A DNA stretch of 40,799 nucleotides from a virus (taxonomy: Duplodnaviria > Caudoviricetes). Of the stretch, positions 1-9,026 are shown one piece after another. Numbering within the stretch: the stretch's first letter is position 1; each line of letters begins with the position of its first letter. The stretch spans positions 1-40,799 of the IMG/VR virus record IMGVR_UViG_3300044708_000121; one strand, written 5' to 3'. The position numbers were made by a program, and so were the translations under genes. The notes beneath the pieces were generated by a model, which searched no databases, had not been told where the DNA came from, and was given only the letters and a program-made list of their open reading frames with translations.

Positions 1-525
1 GTAAAGAAATTGTTGCCGGTGAAAATGTTGTTGCCGGCCTTGGTCACGTCGCCGGAGCCGCCGCCGCCGCCGACCAGGTTGGGAATGCTGACGGCGCCGG
101 TTGCCCGATTGATAGTAAGCGCGCTACCCAGATTCACACCGTCGTCAGAAAAGCGCGCGATCGCGAAATTGCTGCCGGCATCCGCGCCGGTCTCAGGAGC
201 ACTATCACCTAGCGCAATCAACCATCGGGCCTTTGACGGCGGCGTCGCGGTGTCCATCGTCTGCGACGAGAGGACCGCCGGCGATCCCGGATTGAATTGC
301 AACGAGATCGACGGCGTGCCGACGATGGCGACCTTGCGCAAGATCACGGTGCCATCGTTGCGCTGGATCGTCATCGGTGTGCCGAGGAAATCGCCGGCGT
401 CGCCGTAACGATCGATGCGAAAGTTGCTGCCGACGTTGCCGCCGACTTCCGGCGAGCCATCGGCGATGATGAATTGCCAGCGGAAATTGCCGGTCTCCGC
501 TGCCCTGCTGGCGAACAACGCCGCC
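1..525. repeat. Terminal redundancy with 40284-40799 (identical flanks, divergent middle)
   Basis: 1-80 is identical to 40284-40363. 335-525 matches 40609-40799 with two substitutions (372/40646 and 417/40691). 81-334 versus 40364-40608 is homologous but diverged, with a 9-bp indel. Confidence 0.95.
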
Positions 526-2270
526 GAGCCGCTGGCAAAGTTGAACGACATTCCCGGCTGCACCTTGTCGATTATGAGATCGCCGGACAGCGAACCGCCG
601 GTCAGCGGAAGGAAGCCCGTCCCTCCGCCGGACAGCACGGCACCAGTGACGAACTCGCAGGTCGCCACTTGCTGCGTGTTCGTGCCAGGCACCGCCGTCG
701 GCGCCGTCGGGATGCCCGCTAGATTCGGATTCAATAGTTCGATCACGCCACCGAACGCCGCCTGGATCAGCGGATTGCCGCCAGCCGAGCCCGACAGGTG
801 GACGAAGTGATCCGCAAGCGGCGGACCCGTAACAATGACCTGCAAACAATCATGGGACCAGAAAGCACAACCGCCGTCGCCCTTCGGGACCAGCGTGATG
901 TTGATAGCCGCATCCGGGTTCGTGACGTTGTCGGCTCGCACCGCGACCGACATTTGACCCGCGACGCTTCCCTGCAATCCGGCGAAGTTTCCGCCGGCCG
1001 GACCCACCAGGATTTCGTCGTCAATTCGGATCGGCCCGCCGCCGGCGTTGGCAATGATCGGATCGGCCAGACTGCCGGCGCCGGAGATCACCAGGTAATC
1101 CGTCGTCGTGGGCGGACCCGAGACCGCCAGCTGCAGCGCGCCATGCGAATAGAACAGACACCCGCCGCCGCCTTTCGGGATTAGGTGCATGTTCACGTCA
1201 GCGTCGGCGCTTCCCGGTCCCGCGGTCCAGGACACCGCTTGCTGCCCGGCCGGGCTCCCCGTCACCAGGGCATAGTTGCCGCCGAGCATGCCGACCCGGC
1301 AGGCGTCCCTGATATCGATCGGCCCGCCGAACGATGAAGAGATCGACGGATTGAGCCCCGGCGATCCGCCGGTGAGCACGATGAACTTGTTCGCGTCGGG
1401 CGGCGCGGAGCCCGACACGTTCACCTGGAGGGCGCCGTTCGTGTAGAAATTGACGCCGCCGCCGCCCTTGGACTCGATCGAAACATTTACAGCCGGGTCC
1501 GAGCTCGCCGGATCGACCACCAACGCGACCGCTTGCTGCCCAGGCGCCGTACCGAAAAGCACCATTCTGTTGCCCGGCGTCGGGCCGATTGTCATTTGCG
1601 TGATCGCGCCGAGCTTCGGCCCCGTCACCGCACCGTCGGCGAGCTTCGCCGTCGTCACCGCACCGTCGGCGATCTTGATCGTCGTCACCGCACCGTCGGC
1701 GATCTTTGGCGTCGTCACCGCACCGTCGGCGATCTTCGGCGTCGTCACGCTGCCGTCGGCCAGGATATCGAAACGATCCAGAAGCGCGGTCTGTCCGTTG
1801 ATCGGATCGAACGCGAACACCGAGCCGTGCCCGTTTGACTTGCGCGTGGTCGCGTCCGGCAGGTCGATCAGGGTTTCGCCCAACGGCACCTTGCCGGTGC
1901 GCAGCATGTCGCCCTTGAGCTCCGACGTGATCCGCGCCCATCGGTCGTGCAGCATTTCGTGATCGTCGGCCGAGAAGTCCTGCAGGTCTTGAAAGTTCAC
2001 GCCCTGCAGCGCGTCGGTGTCGCGCCAGATCGTCAAGGTCTGCGGCGCGAGCGGCATCTGCGGCGCGATCGGCGCCATGGTCACGGCGCCGTTGGCGCCG
2101 ATCGTGATCGTGTAATGCACGCCCTGGCTCAGAGTCGAAACGACTCCGGTCGAGCTCTTCGCCGTCACCTTCACGTCGGCGGGATGCTCCGCGCTAAAGC
2201 CGGGAACGATCGTGGTTTCGACTCCGGTCCAGGTGCGCAGTCCGAAATAGGCTTCGGTTCCGACGGTCAT
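1..2270 (-). CDS. Tail fibre protein, N-terminal part (runs off the window start and continues at the window end)
   Basis: Not in the ORF track; translated by hand. ATG at 2270 lies just after the stop of the 870-aa gene and the frame stays open to base 1. The N-terminus [10 protein letters not shown]...LTIWRDT...[13 protein letters not shown] resembles T7 gp17-type adaptors. Contains ADGAVTTxKI decapeptide repeats, three ~80-aa xKGxGG repeats and the fibre motif [23 protein letters not shown]. Confidence 0.88.
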   Translation of the reverse strand, partial: MTVGTEAYFGLRTWTGVETTIVPGFSAEHPADVKVTAKSSTGVVSTLSQGVHYTITIGANGAVTMAPIAPQMPLAPQTLTIWRDTDALQGVNFQDLQDFSADDHEMLHDRWARITSELKGDMLRTGKVPLGETLIDLPDATTRKSNGHGSVFAFDPINGQTALLDRFDILADGSVTTPKIADGAVTTPKIADGAVTTIKIADGAVTTAKLADGAVTGPKLGAITQMTIGPTPGNRMVLFGTAPGQQAVALVVDPASSDPAVNVSIESKGGGGVNFYTNGALQVNVSGSAPPDANKFIVLTGGSPGLNPSISSSFGGPIDIRDACRVGMLGGNYALVTGSPAGQQAVSWTAGPGSADADVNMHLIPKGGGGCLFYSHGALQLAVSGPPTTTDYLVISGAGSLADPIIANAGGGPIRIDDEILVGPAGGNFAGLQGSVAGQMSVAVRADNVTNPDAAINITLVPKGDGGCAFWSHDCLQVIVTGPPLADHFVHLSGSAGGNPLIQAAFGGVIELLNPNLAGIPTAPTAVPGTNTQQVATCEFVTGAVLSGGGTGFLPLTGGSLSGDLIIDKVQPGMSFNFASGSAALFASRAAETGNFRWQFIIADGSPEVGGNVGSNFRIDRYGDAGDFLGTPMTIQRNDGTVILRKVAIVGTPSISLQFNPGSPAVLSSQTMDTATPPSKARWLIALGDSAPETGADAGSNFAIARFSDDGVNLGSALTINRATGAVSIPNLVGGGGGSGDVTKAGNNIFTGNNFF
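1611..1760 (-). repeat. Five 30-bp tandem coding repeats (ADGAVTTxKI/L)
   Basis: Unit gtcgtcaccgcaccgtcggcga(t/g)ctt... recurs every 30 bp, in frame with the tail fibre. Confidence 0.95.
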
Positions 2271-2271
2271 G

Positions 2272-4884
2272 TCACTGTCCTCCAAACATCGCGCCGAGCT
2301 CCGGCCGCTCGCGCGGCGTTGTCTCACCAGGTCGCCACCAGTAATGCTGCCCGAACTCTTTGCGCGCGGTTTCTTCCAGCCGGCGGAATCGCGACGGCGC
2401 GCGGTCGTCACTCCATAGCGCCAGTTGATCTAGCACGCTGCGTTGCCACGCCAGGCGCGCGAACCACAGCGTCGAGCCCGGCACCAGGCCGCCGAGGGTA
2501 TAGGCCGCGTCGCCGAACCAATGGGTTTCTTTCCCCTTGGCCGCCAGCTGCACGTTGCGGAACACGAAATCGCCGAGCACGCGCTCGACCTTGCCGGCGA
2601 GCGGCCCGGCCGCCATTTCGGACCAGGTCTTGCCGTAGCGGGTTTGATCGATGAACAGCATGTCGCCGAACACACCGAGCCCGCCGCCCTGCATGATCGC
2701 CTTGCCCCAAGCCTGGAGCCCCTTCTGGCTGGTCGGATCGAGGTTGAGCGGATCGCGGCCCTGCGAAATTTCTTTCGCCTGCATTGCGAGGGCGCCCATC
2801 AACGTCATCCCCATAAAGGTCATGCCGCCGTGCGCCAGGCGCGTGCCGTCCCATCCGCGCGCGACCATGCGCGCTATGTGCATCGTGACGATCGTTGCCG
2901 GGTAACTGCGGTATTGCGTCGCCGATCGCCAGAGCTCGCCCGAGATCGTGCCCGGCCTGGTATCGCCGAGCATCATCGCGCGGGTGAAAGCGTCGCGATC
3001 GACTAGCGCGTAATTCATTTCGTTGGTCATCATGTGCGACAGCTTTTCCGCCGCCAGGCTGTGCGCCGGCGTGCCGCCCTCCATCACATCGGCCGGCCGC
3101 AGGAACGGCGCGTTCTCGCGCGGCTCCCATGGCGTGCTGGCGCGGATCACGTCCCAATCGCCTTCACCGATCCCGTACCGGGCGAACCGCTCGCGCAGCA
3201 TGGGGGTGAGCTCCGCCCACGCAACCGCGCGTGCTCGGGCAAGCTCCGCCGCCATTTCGGTCGCGAACGCCGTGCGCAGCGCGATCGACCAGCGCCGCAG
3301 GCCCGACACCCGGATATTGGCGGACGCCAGCTTGGCGGCCACGCCGGAGCGGGCGCTCTCCCCGATCAACCGATCATGCACGCCGATCACCGACGCCAGG
3401 CTATCGAACGTCATTCCCATCTGCGCCGCGAAAATGTCGGCGTTCTGTACGTCGCGCATCAATTCGACCGCGCGCCCGATCACGTTCATAATCGGCAACG
3501 CGTTGAATCGCGCCGTCATCGCCACCGTCGCCAGGTCGCCGAATGACGAAATGATCGCCGAGCCCAGGTCGGTCGCCGCGATCCAGTAGCGCGTGGTCGC
3601 CCATCGCTCCGCCCTGGCGAGGTTCACCGGCACGCGATTCTCGCCCGACACTTCCGCCCAAATGTTTTCGAACCGCTTGCGCTCCGTCCCGAGGTCGCCC
3701 TCCAGCCGGGCGTTGCTGCGCTTGAACGCGCGGATTTCCTCCGGCGTCGCGCCCGCCGGCGCGGTCTCCGCCAGGCGCATTGCTTCCTTCTCGACCAGGC
3801 CGAGCATGAACCGCTTCGTGTTCTCCGGGTTGCGACCGAGCACGCGCATCATTGCGATATCCTGCGACATGCCCTGCATGTGCATCATCATCGCTTCCCA
3901 AGGCGACTCGAACGTCCCGAGCTCTTCGGCGATCTTCATCCACGATTCCGGCGACTTCCAATAGAACACGCGATGCGCATCGCGCGAGTTCGCCAGCATG
4001 GCGGACCCGCGATAGGCGCCGCTTGGCTCCGGCGCAAAGCCGGCCATGCCGCGCATCGCCGCATCGTGGATCAGTTCCTCGAACCGGGTATCGTTCATCA
4101 CTTTCCCGGTCGCCCAATCGACCATCTTTTCTCGATCGACATTCTCGCGGATCAGCTGCTTTGTGCGCTCGACGCCGTTGGATCGCACCTTGTTGGGATC
4201 GAAGGACGGATTCGGCAGCAACCAATCCTCCAGTTCCCCGAGCCGGCCGCCGACGGCGCGATACTGGTTCGACAACCATTTCGCGGTATCGAGCCAGGAC
4301 TCGGCGACCGCCTTCGCCTGCGCTGAAACGCCGGCCCGGCCGTAGAGCGCGCTCAATACCTCGCTCTCGCGCGTGCTCTCAGCGCGGAACCCGAGCGCCT
4401 TCGCGCGGAGAAATTCGATCCCATCGGCAAACCGCCGGTGCGCCTCGCCGCGGATGAAATTGCCGATATGCTCGACGTTCGACCAGGACGCGATTTCGTA
4501 AGGGTCGCGCGCCAGGAACGACCCGAGGGCAAAGCCGATCAGCGGCTTGTCCTGGCGCCCGATCCGCACCGGCGCCTTGTTGCCGAAACCGAAATCGCCC
4601 TTGGCCTGGCGGAGCTCTTCGCCGACCTGGAGGAAGCCGTTAACGCCGCGCAGCACCTTGACCTGCTGAATGATCGCGTCCCGGTAGTCGTCGGCCTTGC
4701 GGATCGCCGTGGCCTTGGCGATCGCCATCATTTCGAGCTCCGCCTCGCGCGCGCCGGCGGCGTCGCCGAGCTTGGCCTGGTACTCCGCTTCGAACCGATC
4801 GAGCATATCGAGCACTTGCGCGCCCGCCCTGCGGCCGACAACGCCGGCGGCGATCTTGCCCTCGAAACATTTGCGCGCCGTCAT
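2272..4884 (-). CDS. Internal virion (ejectosome) protein, T7 gp16-position
   Basis: 870 aa, last of the large core genes before the fibre. C-terminal hydrophobic stretch [19 protein letters not shown]...[12 protein letters not shown] and ending QHYWWRPG, typical of BPP-1-like core proteins. Confidence 0.75.
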   Translation of the reverse strand: MTARKCFEGKIAAGVVGRRAGAQVLDMLDRFEAEYQAKLGDAAGAREAELEMMAIAKATAIRKADDYRDAIIQQVKVLRGVNGFLQVGEELRQAKGDFGFGNKAPVRIGRQDKPLIGFALGSFLARDPYEIASWSNVEHIGNFIRGEAHRRFADGIEFLRAKALGFRAESTRESEVLSALYGRAGVSAQAKAVAESWLDTAKWLSNQYRAVGGRLGELEDWLLPNPSFDPNKVRSNGVERTKQLIRENVDREKMVDWATGKVMNDTRFEELIHDAAMRGMAGFAPEPSGAYRGSAMLANSRDAHRVFYWKSPESWMKIAEELGTFESPWEAMMMHMQGMSQDIAMMRVLGRNPENTKRFMLGLVEKEAMRLAETAPAGATPEEIRAFKRSNARLEGDLGTERKRFENIWAEVSGENRVPVNLARAERWATTRYWIAATDLGSAIISSFGDLATVAMTARFNALPIMNVIGRAVELMRDVQNADIFAAQMGMTFDSLASVIGVHDRLIGESARSGVAAKLASANIRVSGLRRWSIALRTAFATEMAAELARARAVAWAELTPMLRERFARYGIGEGDWDVIRASTPWEPRENAPFLRPADVMEGGTPAHSLAAEKLSHMMTNEMNYALVDRDAFTRAMMLGDTRPGTISGELWRSATQYRSYPATIVTMHIARMVARGWDGTRLAHGGMTFMGMTLMGALAMQAKEISQGRDPLNLDPTSQKGLQAWGKAIMQGGGLGVFGDMLFIDQTRYGKTWSEMAAGPLAGKVERVLGDFVFRNVQLAAKGKETHWFGDAAYTLGGLVPGSTLWFARLAWQRSVLDQLALWSDDRAPSRFRRLEETARKEFGQHYWWRPGETTPRERPELGAMFGGQ

Positions 4885-7800
4885 GCTGCCTCCGCCGACA
4901 TGCCGACGCAGCTGGCGAGCTCCGCGGCGGCGGCCTCATCCTGCGCCGATTCGGCCAGGAGTTGCCGCGCCATGACCTTCCGCTCAGATCCATCGGGATT
5001 GACCAGGGTGATCTCTACGTCGTTAACGCCGCCGGGAATTTCGGCCAGAACCCGCTCCGCCTCGGCGCGCAGCACCGGATCGCCCAGGGGCACCGGCTCC
5101 GCCGCCTTGCCAGGAGCGGCCGCCGGCGCGCGCGCTGGTTCCGCGGCCGGCTTGGCAGCTGCAGGCGTCGGAACAATAGGGGCTTTACTTCCGACGCTTT
5201 CCTCGAACGCCGCGCGAATCGCCTCGGCGGTCTTGGCCCGGCCGGCGAGGTCGGCGTCGCCGAGCTCCAGCTTTTCGCGCACCTTGGCGAGCGGGACGCT
5301 GCCTAAGAGCTCGTGCGTGTAGCCGGCGCCGCCCTTCGGGAAAAAGTAGGACACGACCCCGGCTTCCGCCTCGCTGCCGACCCGGCCTTGATCGGCTTCC
5401 TTGGCCGGAAACGCCGGCGATTCCTTGCCGGCGACAACCCCGACATAAGGCCCGGTGTCCTCGGTCAGCTTGACGCGATAGGCGAAGATGGTGTCGGACG
5501 TTTCGCTGCCGGGGAATCGCGGCCCATCGCCATCGATGCGCTCGATCAGCTTGGCGACGCCTTCGGAGTTTCCCGCATTGCGGCCGGCGAGCTCATCCCG
5601 CTCCGCCAGCCGATAGACCAGGATTTCGTCGCCCTTGGCCGCGGCGCCGGTGCCCTCCTTCGGCCAGGCCGTTGCCTTGCCGGGGGCCTCTGCGGTAGTT
5701 ATATCCGGTGTGGAGGGCTCGATGCCTTTAGTCGCATATCGAGGCGATCCTGATAACCCGGTCGTGGTCGTTTGGGACTCCGGCGACAAGTTCGTCGCCA
5801 TCCGCTCGACCGAGGGCACCTGGAGCCGCGCGCCGGCATTGACGGTCGGCGATTTGGCGGAGCTCAACCGGCTCTCCGACAAGGAAGCCGAGACCTGGTC
5901 TAAGGCCGCCCGCACATCACTGTCCGTTTGACCCGTCCGCGCTTTGTACGCGGCAAAAGCATCATCATAGAGTTTGCGGCTGGTCGCCTGGTCGGCGAGC
6001 ATTTCGACGTGCTCCGCCTCGGTCAGGGTGTTCGGGTCCTTGTTGCGCCATTTCTCGAACAGCAAATGCCCGCCGCCGGCGTCCTGCGCCGCCTGCATTT
6101 CCGTTAACGGCAAGTAGTATTCGACCAGCTGCCCGTTGGGCATGCGCAGGTCGAACGGGATGATGCGAAACCCCCACTCCTTCGGATTGAAAAACTTGCC
6201 GGTGTCGCGCTTGATGATTTCGAAATTCTCCTGCAGGCGTTCGATGATCGCCGGCAGCTGCGTTATGTCGGGCAATTCGGTCTTGAACCGGAAGCTATCG
6301 CGGATGTGCTCAACGTCGTGCCAGGGCTTGCGTGCCTTCACGCCAGGCCGGTTCGCCTTTTCGAGGATTTTCTCCGGCGCCTTGATGTTGGATTTCGATT
6401 TGGTCCCAAACTCCAAGTCCAGGTCGAATAGGTAATTGTCCACGATCGGCGCGTTTTCGTCGGTCAGCACGCGCAGCGCCGCCACCTTTTCCGGCTGCGA
6501 CAGTTTCGGATCGATCGGATTGACGATCGTGCGTTCGTCGATATTCGCCGGCTGGTGCGGCTCCCCGGTCACGGCGTCACGCGTGGCGCCGACGCCGGCG
6601 AGCTCAAGCTCATCCACGTTCTCGGCAGTCAGCCGCGCCGCCCGCAGCGCGTCCTTTGCCGTCGGCGGCCGGCCGAATAGATCGCCGGCGGCGTTCATCT
6701 GCAGCAACGCCCGGTTTGCCGCGGTCTCGATCTTTTCCGCGATCTTCGCCCGGCCGGCCGCGACCGTCAGGCCATCGTTGCGAAAGTAGAGGCGCACCGC
6801 GGCCGCGACTTCATCGGGCACCGGGCCGCGCTCGATATCGATCTGCGCCAGGCGCTCCGGCAATCGCGGCCCGCCGGCGCGCGCCTCTTCGACCAGGCGG
6901 AAGGCCGCCACGAAATGCGGCGAGGGATCGGACTCGATCGGAATGCGCCCCTCTTCGATCGCGGCGCGCATGCGCGCCACCGTCGGCGCGGAGTCGGCGA
7001 ACGCCCCGAGGATCGCTTTCGAGGTCGGGTCGGTGCTTTCGTACAATCCATGCACGATATCGTCCTGGCCCCAGGCGCGCGCCACCAGCGCCGCCTCCAG
7101 CCGGCGCACGCCCTCGGACGACAGCTGATTGTTGGCGTCGATGAAATTCGGCCGTTCCTCCGGCGCGACCGCCTGTTCCGCGAACGCGCGCACGAAAGGT
7201 CGGTTCGCCGCCGAGGTCACGTCGCCGCCGGCATGGTGCGACATGAGATCGTCGCTCAAATACTTGGCGTCGGAGAAAGCCCGCTCGCGGGTAGACAGTC
7301 CCGCCGTCGGCGAAATGTTCGCTTCCATCGCCAGGGCGCCGCGCGCCGTCATCGGCAGGTCGCCCTCGCGCATGCGCACGAGCACCGGCTGTTGGAAGCC
7401 GTCGAGGTCGTAGCCGCGATCGCGCAGCATTTGCTGATAGGCCGCGACCCGTTCGGGATGCGCCTCATAGGCCCGCTGCAGCAGCAGCACGCGCCCGTTG
7501 CCGCTTTCCACGATCCCGTCAGGACCGATCACCGGCGCGCCGGTCGCCGCGGTCGGCGCGTCGCCCAGGAGCTCTGGTTCGAGCCGCGCCGCTTTCTCCG
7601 TCACGAACAGCTGCGACGCCGCGCCGGAGCGATCGCGCGGCTGGAGCTCACCAGGATAACCGGCATTCACCCGGCCCAGGAGATCGTGCGACGCGACCAC
7701 GTCGCCGAGCTCCATCACCATCGGCCGCACCGTCATCCGCTCGCCGGACGGCCGGATCAACGATTGCGCGTGATCCAAAAACCATTGCACTCGGTTGCCG

Positions 7801-9026
7801 GGGAAATTCGGCGCGAACGGCAGCGGCGATCCGCCGCCCTCCGGCCGCTCGACCGTCATCCGGCCGCCGCTCGCCGGCTGGTCGCTCTTGGGATAGGCCG
7901 GCGCGTCGATCGGCGGCGCCGGTTCGGTGCGCGCCGGCTTGCCGGTTTCGAGCGCCGTCGTCGCTTCGGCGACGCGCGCTTCGTGCGCGACCCTGCCCTG
8001 AATGGTTTGCGTCTGCACCGGCGCGTCATAGATCAGCTGGTCGCGTTGATGCAGGAGCTCCGCCGCGGCCAGGTCCTCGCGCGAGACCAGGTTCGACGCG
8101 TCGCGCGCGGCGCCGAACAACGGCATTTGCTGTTGCTCCTGCGGCGTCAGCGTCAGCGGCCGCGGCGCCGTTGGCTCCGCCGGCGGCGCCTCCGCCGCTG
8201 CACCACCAGGCGGCGCCTCGATCCGAGGCTCCGCCGCCGGCGCCGGCCGCACCGCCGGCTCGCGCGGCCGCAAGGCACGGAAGCCGGCGCCCAACGTCCG
8301 CACGCCGAGCGCCAGGCCGCCGCCGAAAGCCGCAGCTGCGCCGATATCCTTCAACGCCTCATCGTAGCCGGCTGCGAGCCCGAGCTCGCCGCGGCGCGCC
8401 TGGATCAGAGGTTGTTGCGGGAGCTCCGCCAGGCCGCCGGCCACGGTCTGCCGCGTGAGCACCTTCGCCAGCGGCCCCTTGAACGGCCCGCCGATCGCGC
8501 CGGTCGCGACGCCCAGGTACACATTCGCCGGCGAGCTCATCACGCCGACGGCCGACGCCAGGAAGCCCCACGCGTTGCCGCTCAAGCCGTAAACCGTGGA
8601 CATGTACTCTTCGCGGTCGCGCTCGACCTTCTGCGCCGCGGCGTGCGCATTGCCTCTCACATCGCGCAACGCTTCAAGCGGCCGGCGTTGTTCCTCCGGC
8701 AAGTCATCGATCAGCGTCCCGAGCGTCGCCGCGGTTGCGTCAACGCGTCGGTTCTGTTCGCTTTGCGGCAGCAGGTACGGCAGCGACGGGTTGTATTCCA
8801 GGCCGCGCCGCTTCGCGAGCTCGCTTATGTCCTGGCCGGGGTAGGCTTCCTGGACGCCCGCCATCAACTTGCCCAACGCCTCGCGCGTCGGCTGCTGGCT
8901 TCCCTCGATCGTGCGTTGGTAATCGGCGTTGGTGTTGTGTGCCCATATTTCGCCGAACGTCCAGGGCGCCTGCGCCGCGCCGCGTTGCCGGAGGTCTAAT
9001 TCATAATCTGCAACTGCATCCGGCAT
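4881..9026 (-). CDS. Polyvalent internal virion protein with DdrB-like ParB domain and RelA/SpoT-like nucleotidyltransferase domain
   Basis: 1381 aa within the core-gene cluster. ParB-like motifs SHD...YPGELQPRDR...GAPVIGPDGIVESGNGR at about 7370-7740. RelA/SpoT-like motifs IKxxxKILEK...IRDSFR...WGFR...GQLVE...GHLLFEKWR at about 5960-6420. Confidence 0.75.
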   Translation of the reverse strand: MPDAVADYELDLRQRGAAQAPWTFGEIWAHNTNADYQRTIEGSQQPTREALGKLMAGVQEAYPGQDISELAKRRGLEYNPSLPYLLPQSEQNRRVDATAATLGTLIDDLPEEQRRPLEALRDVRGNAHAAAQKVERDREEYMSTVYGLSGNAWGFLASAVGVMSSPANVYLGVATGAIGGPFKGPLAKVLTRQTVAGGLAELPQQPLIQARRGELGLAAGYDEALKDIGAAAAFGGGLALGVRTLGAGFRALRPREPAVRPAPAAEPRIEAPPGGAAAEAPPAEPTAPRPLTLTPQEQQQMPLFGAARDASNLVSREDLAAAELLHQRDQLIYDAPVQTQTIQGRVAHEARVAEATTALETGKPARTEPAPPIDAPAYPKSDQPASGGRMTVERPEGGGSPLPFAPNFPGNRVQWFLDHAQSLIRPSGERMTVRPMVMELGDVVASHDLLGRVNAGYPGELQPRDRSGAASQLFVTEKAARLEPELLGDAPTAATGAPVIGPDGIVESGNGRVLLLQRAYEAHPERVAAYQQMLRDRGYDLDGFQQPVLVRMREGDLPMTARGALAMEANISPTAGLSTRERAFSDAKYLSDDLMSHHAGGDVTSAANRPFVRAFAEQAVAPEERPNFIDANNQLSSEGVRRLEAALVARAWGQDDIVHGLYESTDPTSKAILGAFADSAPTVARMRAAIEEGRIPIESDPSPHFVAAFRLVEEARAGGPRLPERLAQIDIERGPVPDEVAAAVRLYFRNDGLTVAAGRAKIAEKIETAANRALLQMNAAGDLFGRPPTAKDALRAARLTAENVDELELAGVGATRDAVTGEPHQPANIDERTIVNPIDPKLSQPEKVAALRVLTDENAPIVDNYLFDLDLEFGTKSKSNIKAPEKILEKANRPGVKARKPWHDVEHIRDSFRFKTELPDITQLPAIIERLQENFEIIKRDTGKFFNPKEWGFRIIPFDLRMPNGQLVEYYLPLTEMQAAQDAGGGHLLFEKWRNKDPNTLTEAEHVEMLADQATSRKLYDDAFAAYKARTGQTDSDVRAALDQVSASLSESRLSSAKSPTVNAGARLQVPSVERMATNLSPESQTTTTGLSGSPRYATKGIEPSTPDITTAEAPGKATAWPKEGTGAAAKGDEILVYRLAERDELAGRNAGNSEGVAKLIERIDGDGPRFPGSETSDTIFAYRVKLTEDTGPYVGVVAGKESPAFPAKEADQGRVGSEAEAGVVSYFFPKGGAGYTHELLGSVPLAKVREKLELGDADLAGRAKTAEAIRAAFEESVGSKAPIVPTPAAAKPAAEPARAPAAAPGKAAEPVPLGDPVLRAEAERVLAEIPGGVNDVEITLVNPDGSERKVMARQLLAESAQDEAAAAELASCVGMSAEAA

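Noticed and set aside
81-334. Diversity-generating retroelement TR/VR pair (with 40364-40608)
   Set aside because: Differences involve all four bases, many at synonymous positions, and include a 9-bp indel; no reverse transcriptase is present.
1611-1760. CRISPR array
   Set aside because: 30-bp period with no unique spacers; it is an in-frame coding repeat, and no cas genes are present.
1198-1941. 247-aa minus-strand ORF with DRRRCGDD repeats
   Set aside because: Alternative frame of the tail-fibre repeat; the real frame is open from 2270 to 1.
6915-8999. Long + strand ORFs (also 10466-12007, 12201-13916, 15015-17127, 39386-40513)
   Set aside because: Arg-rich antisense shadows of well-supported minus-strand genes, as expected in high-GC DNA.
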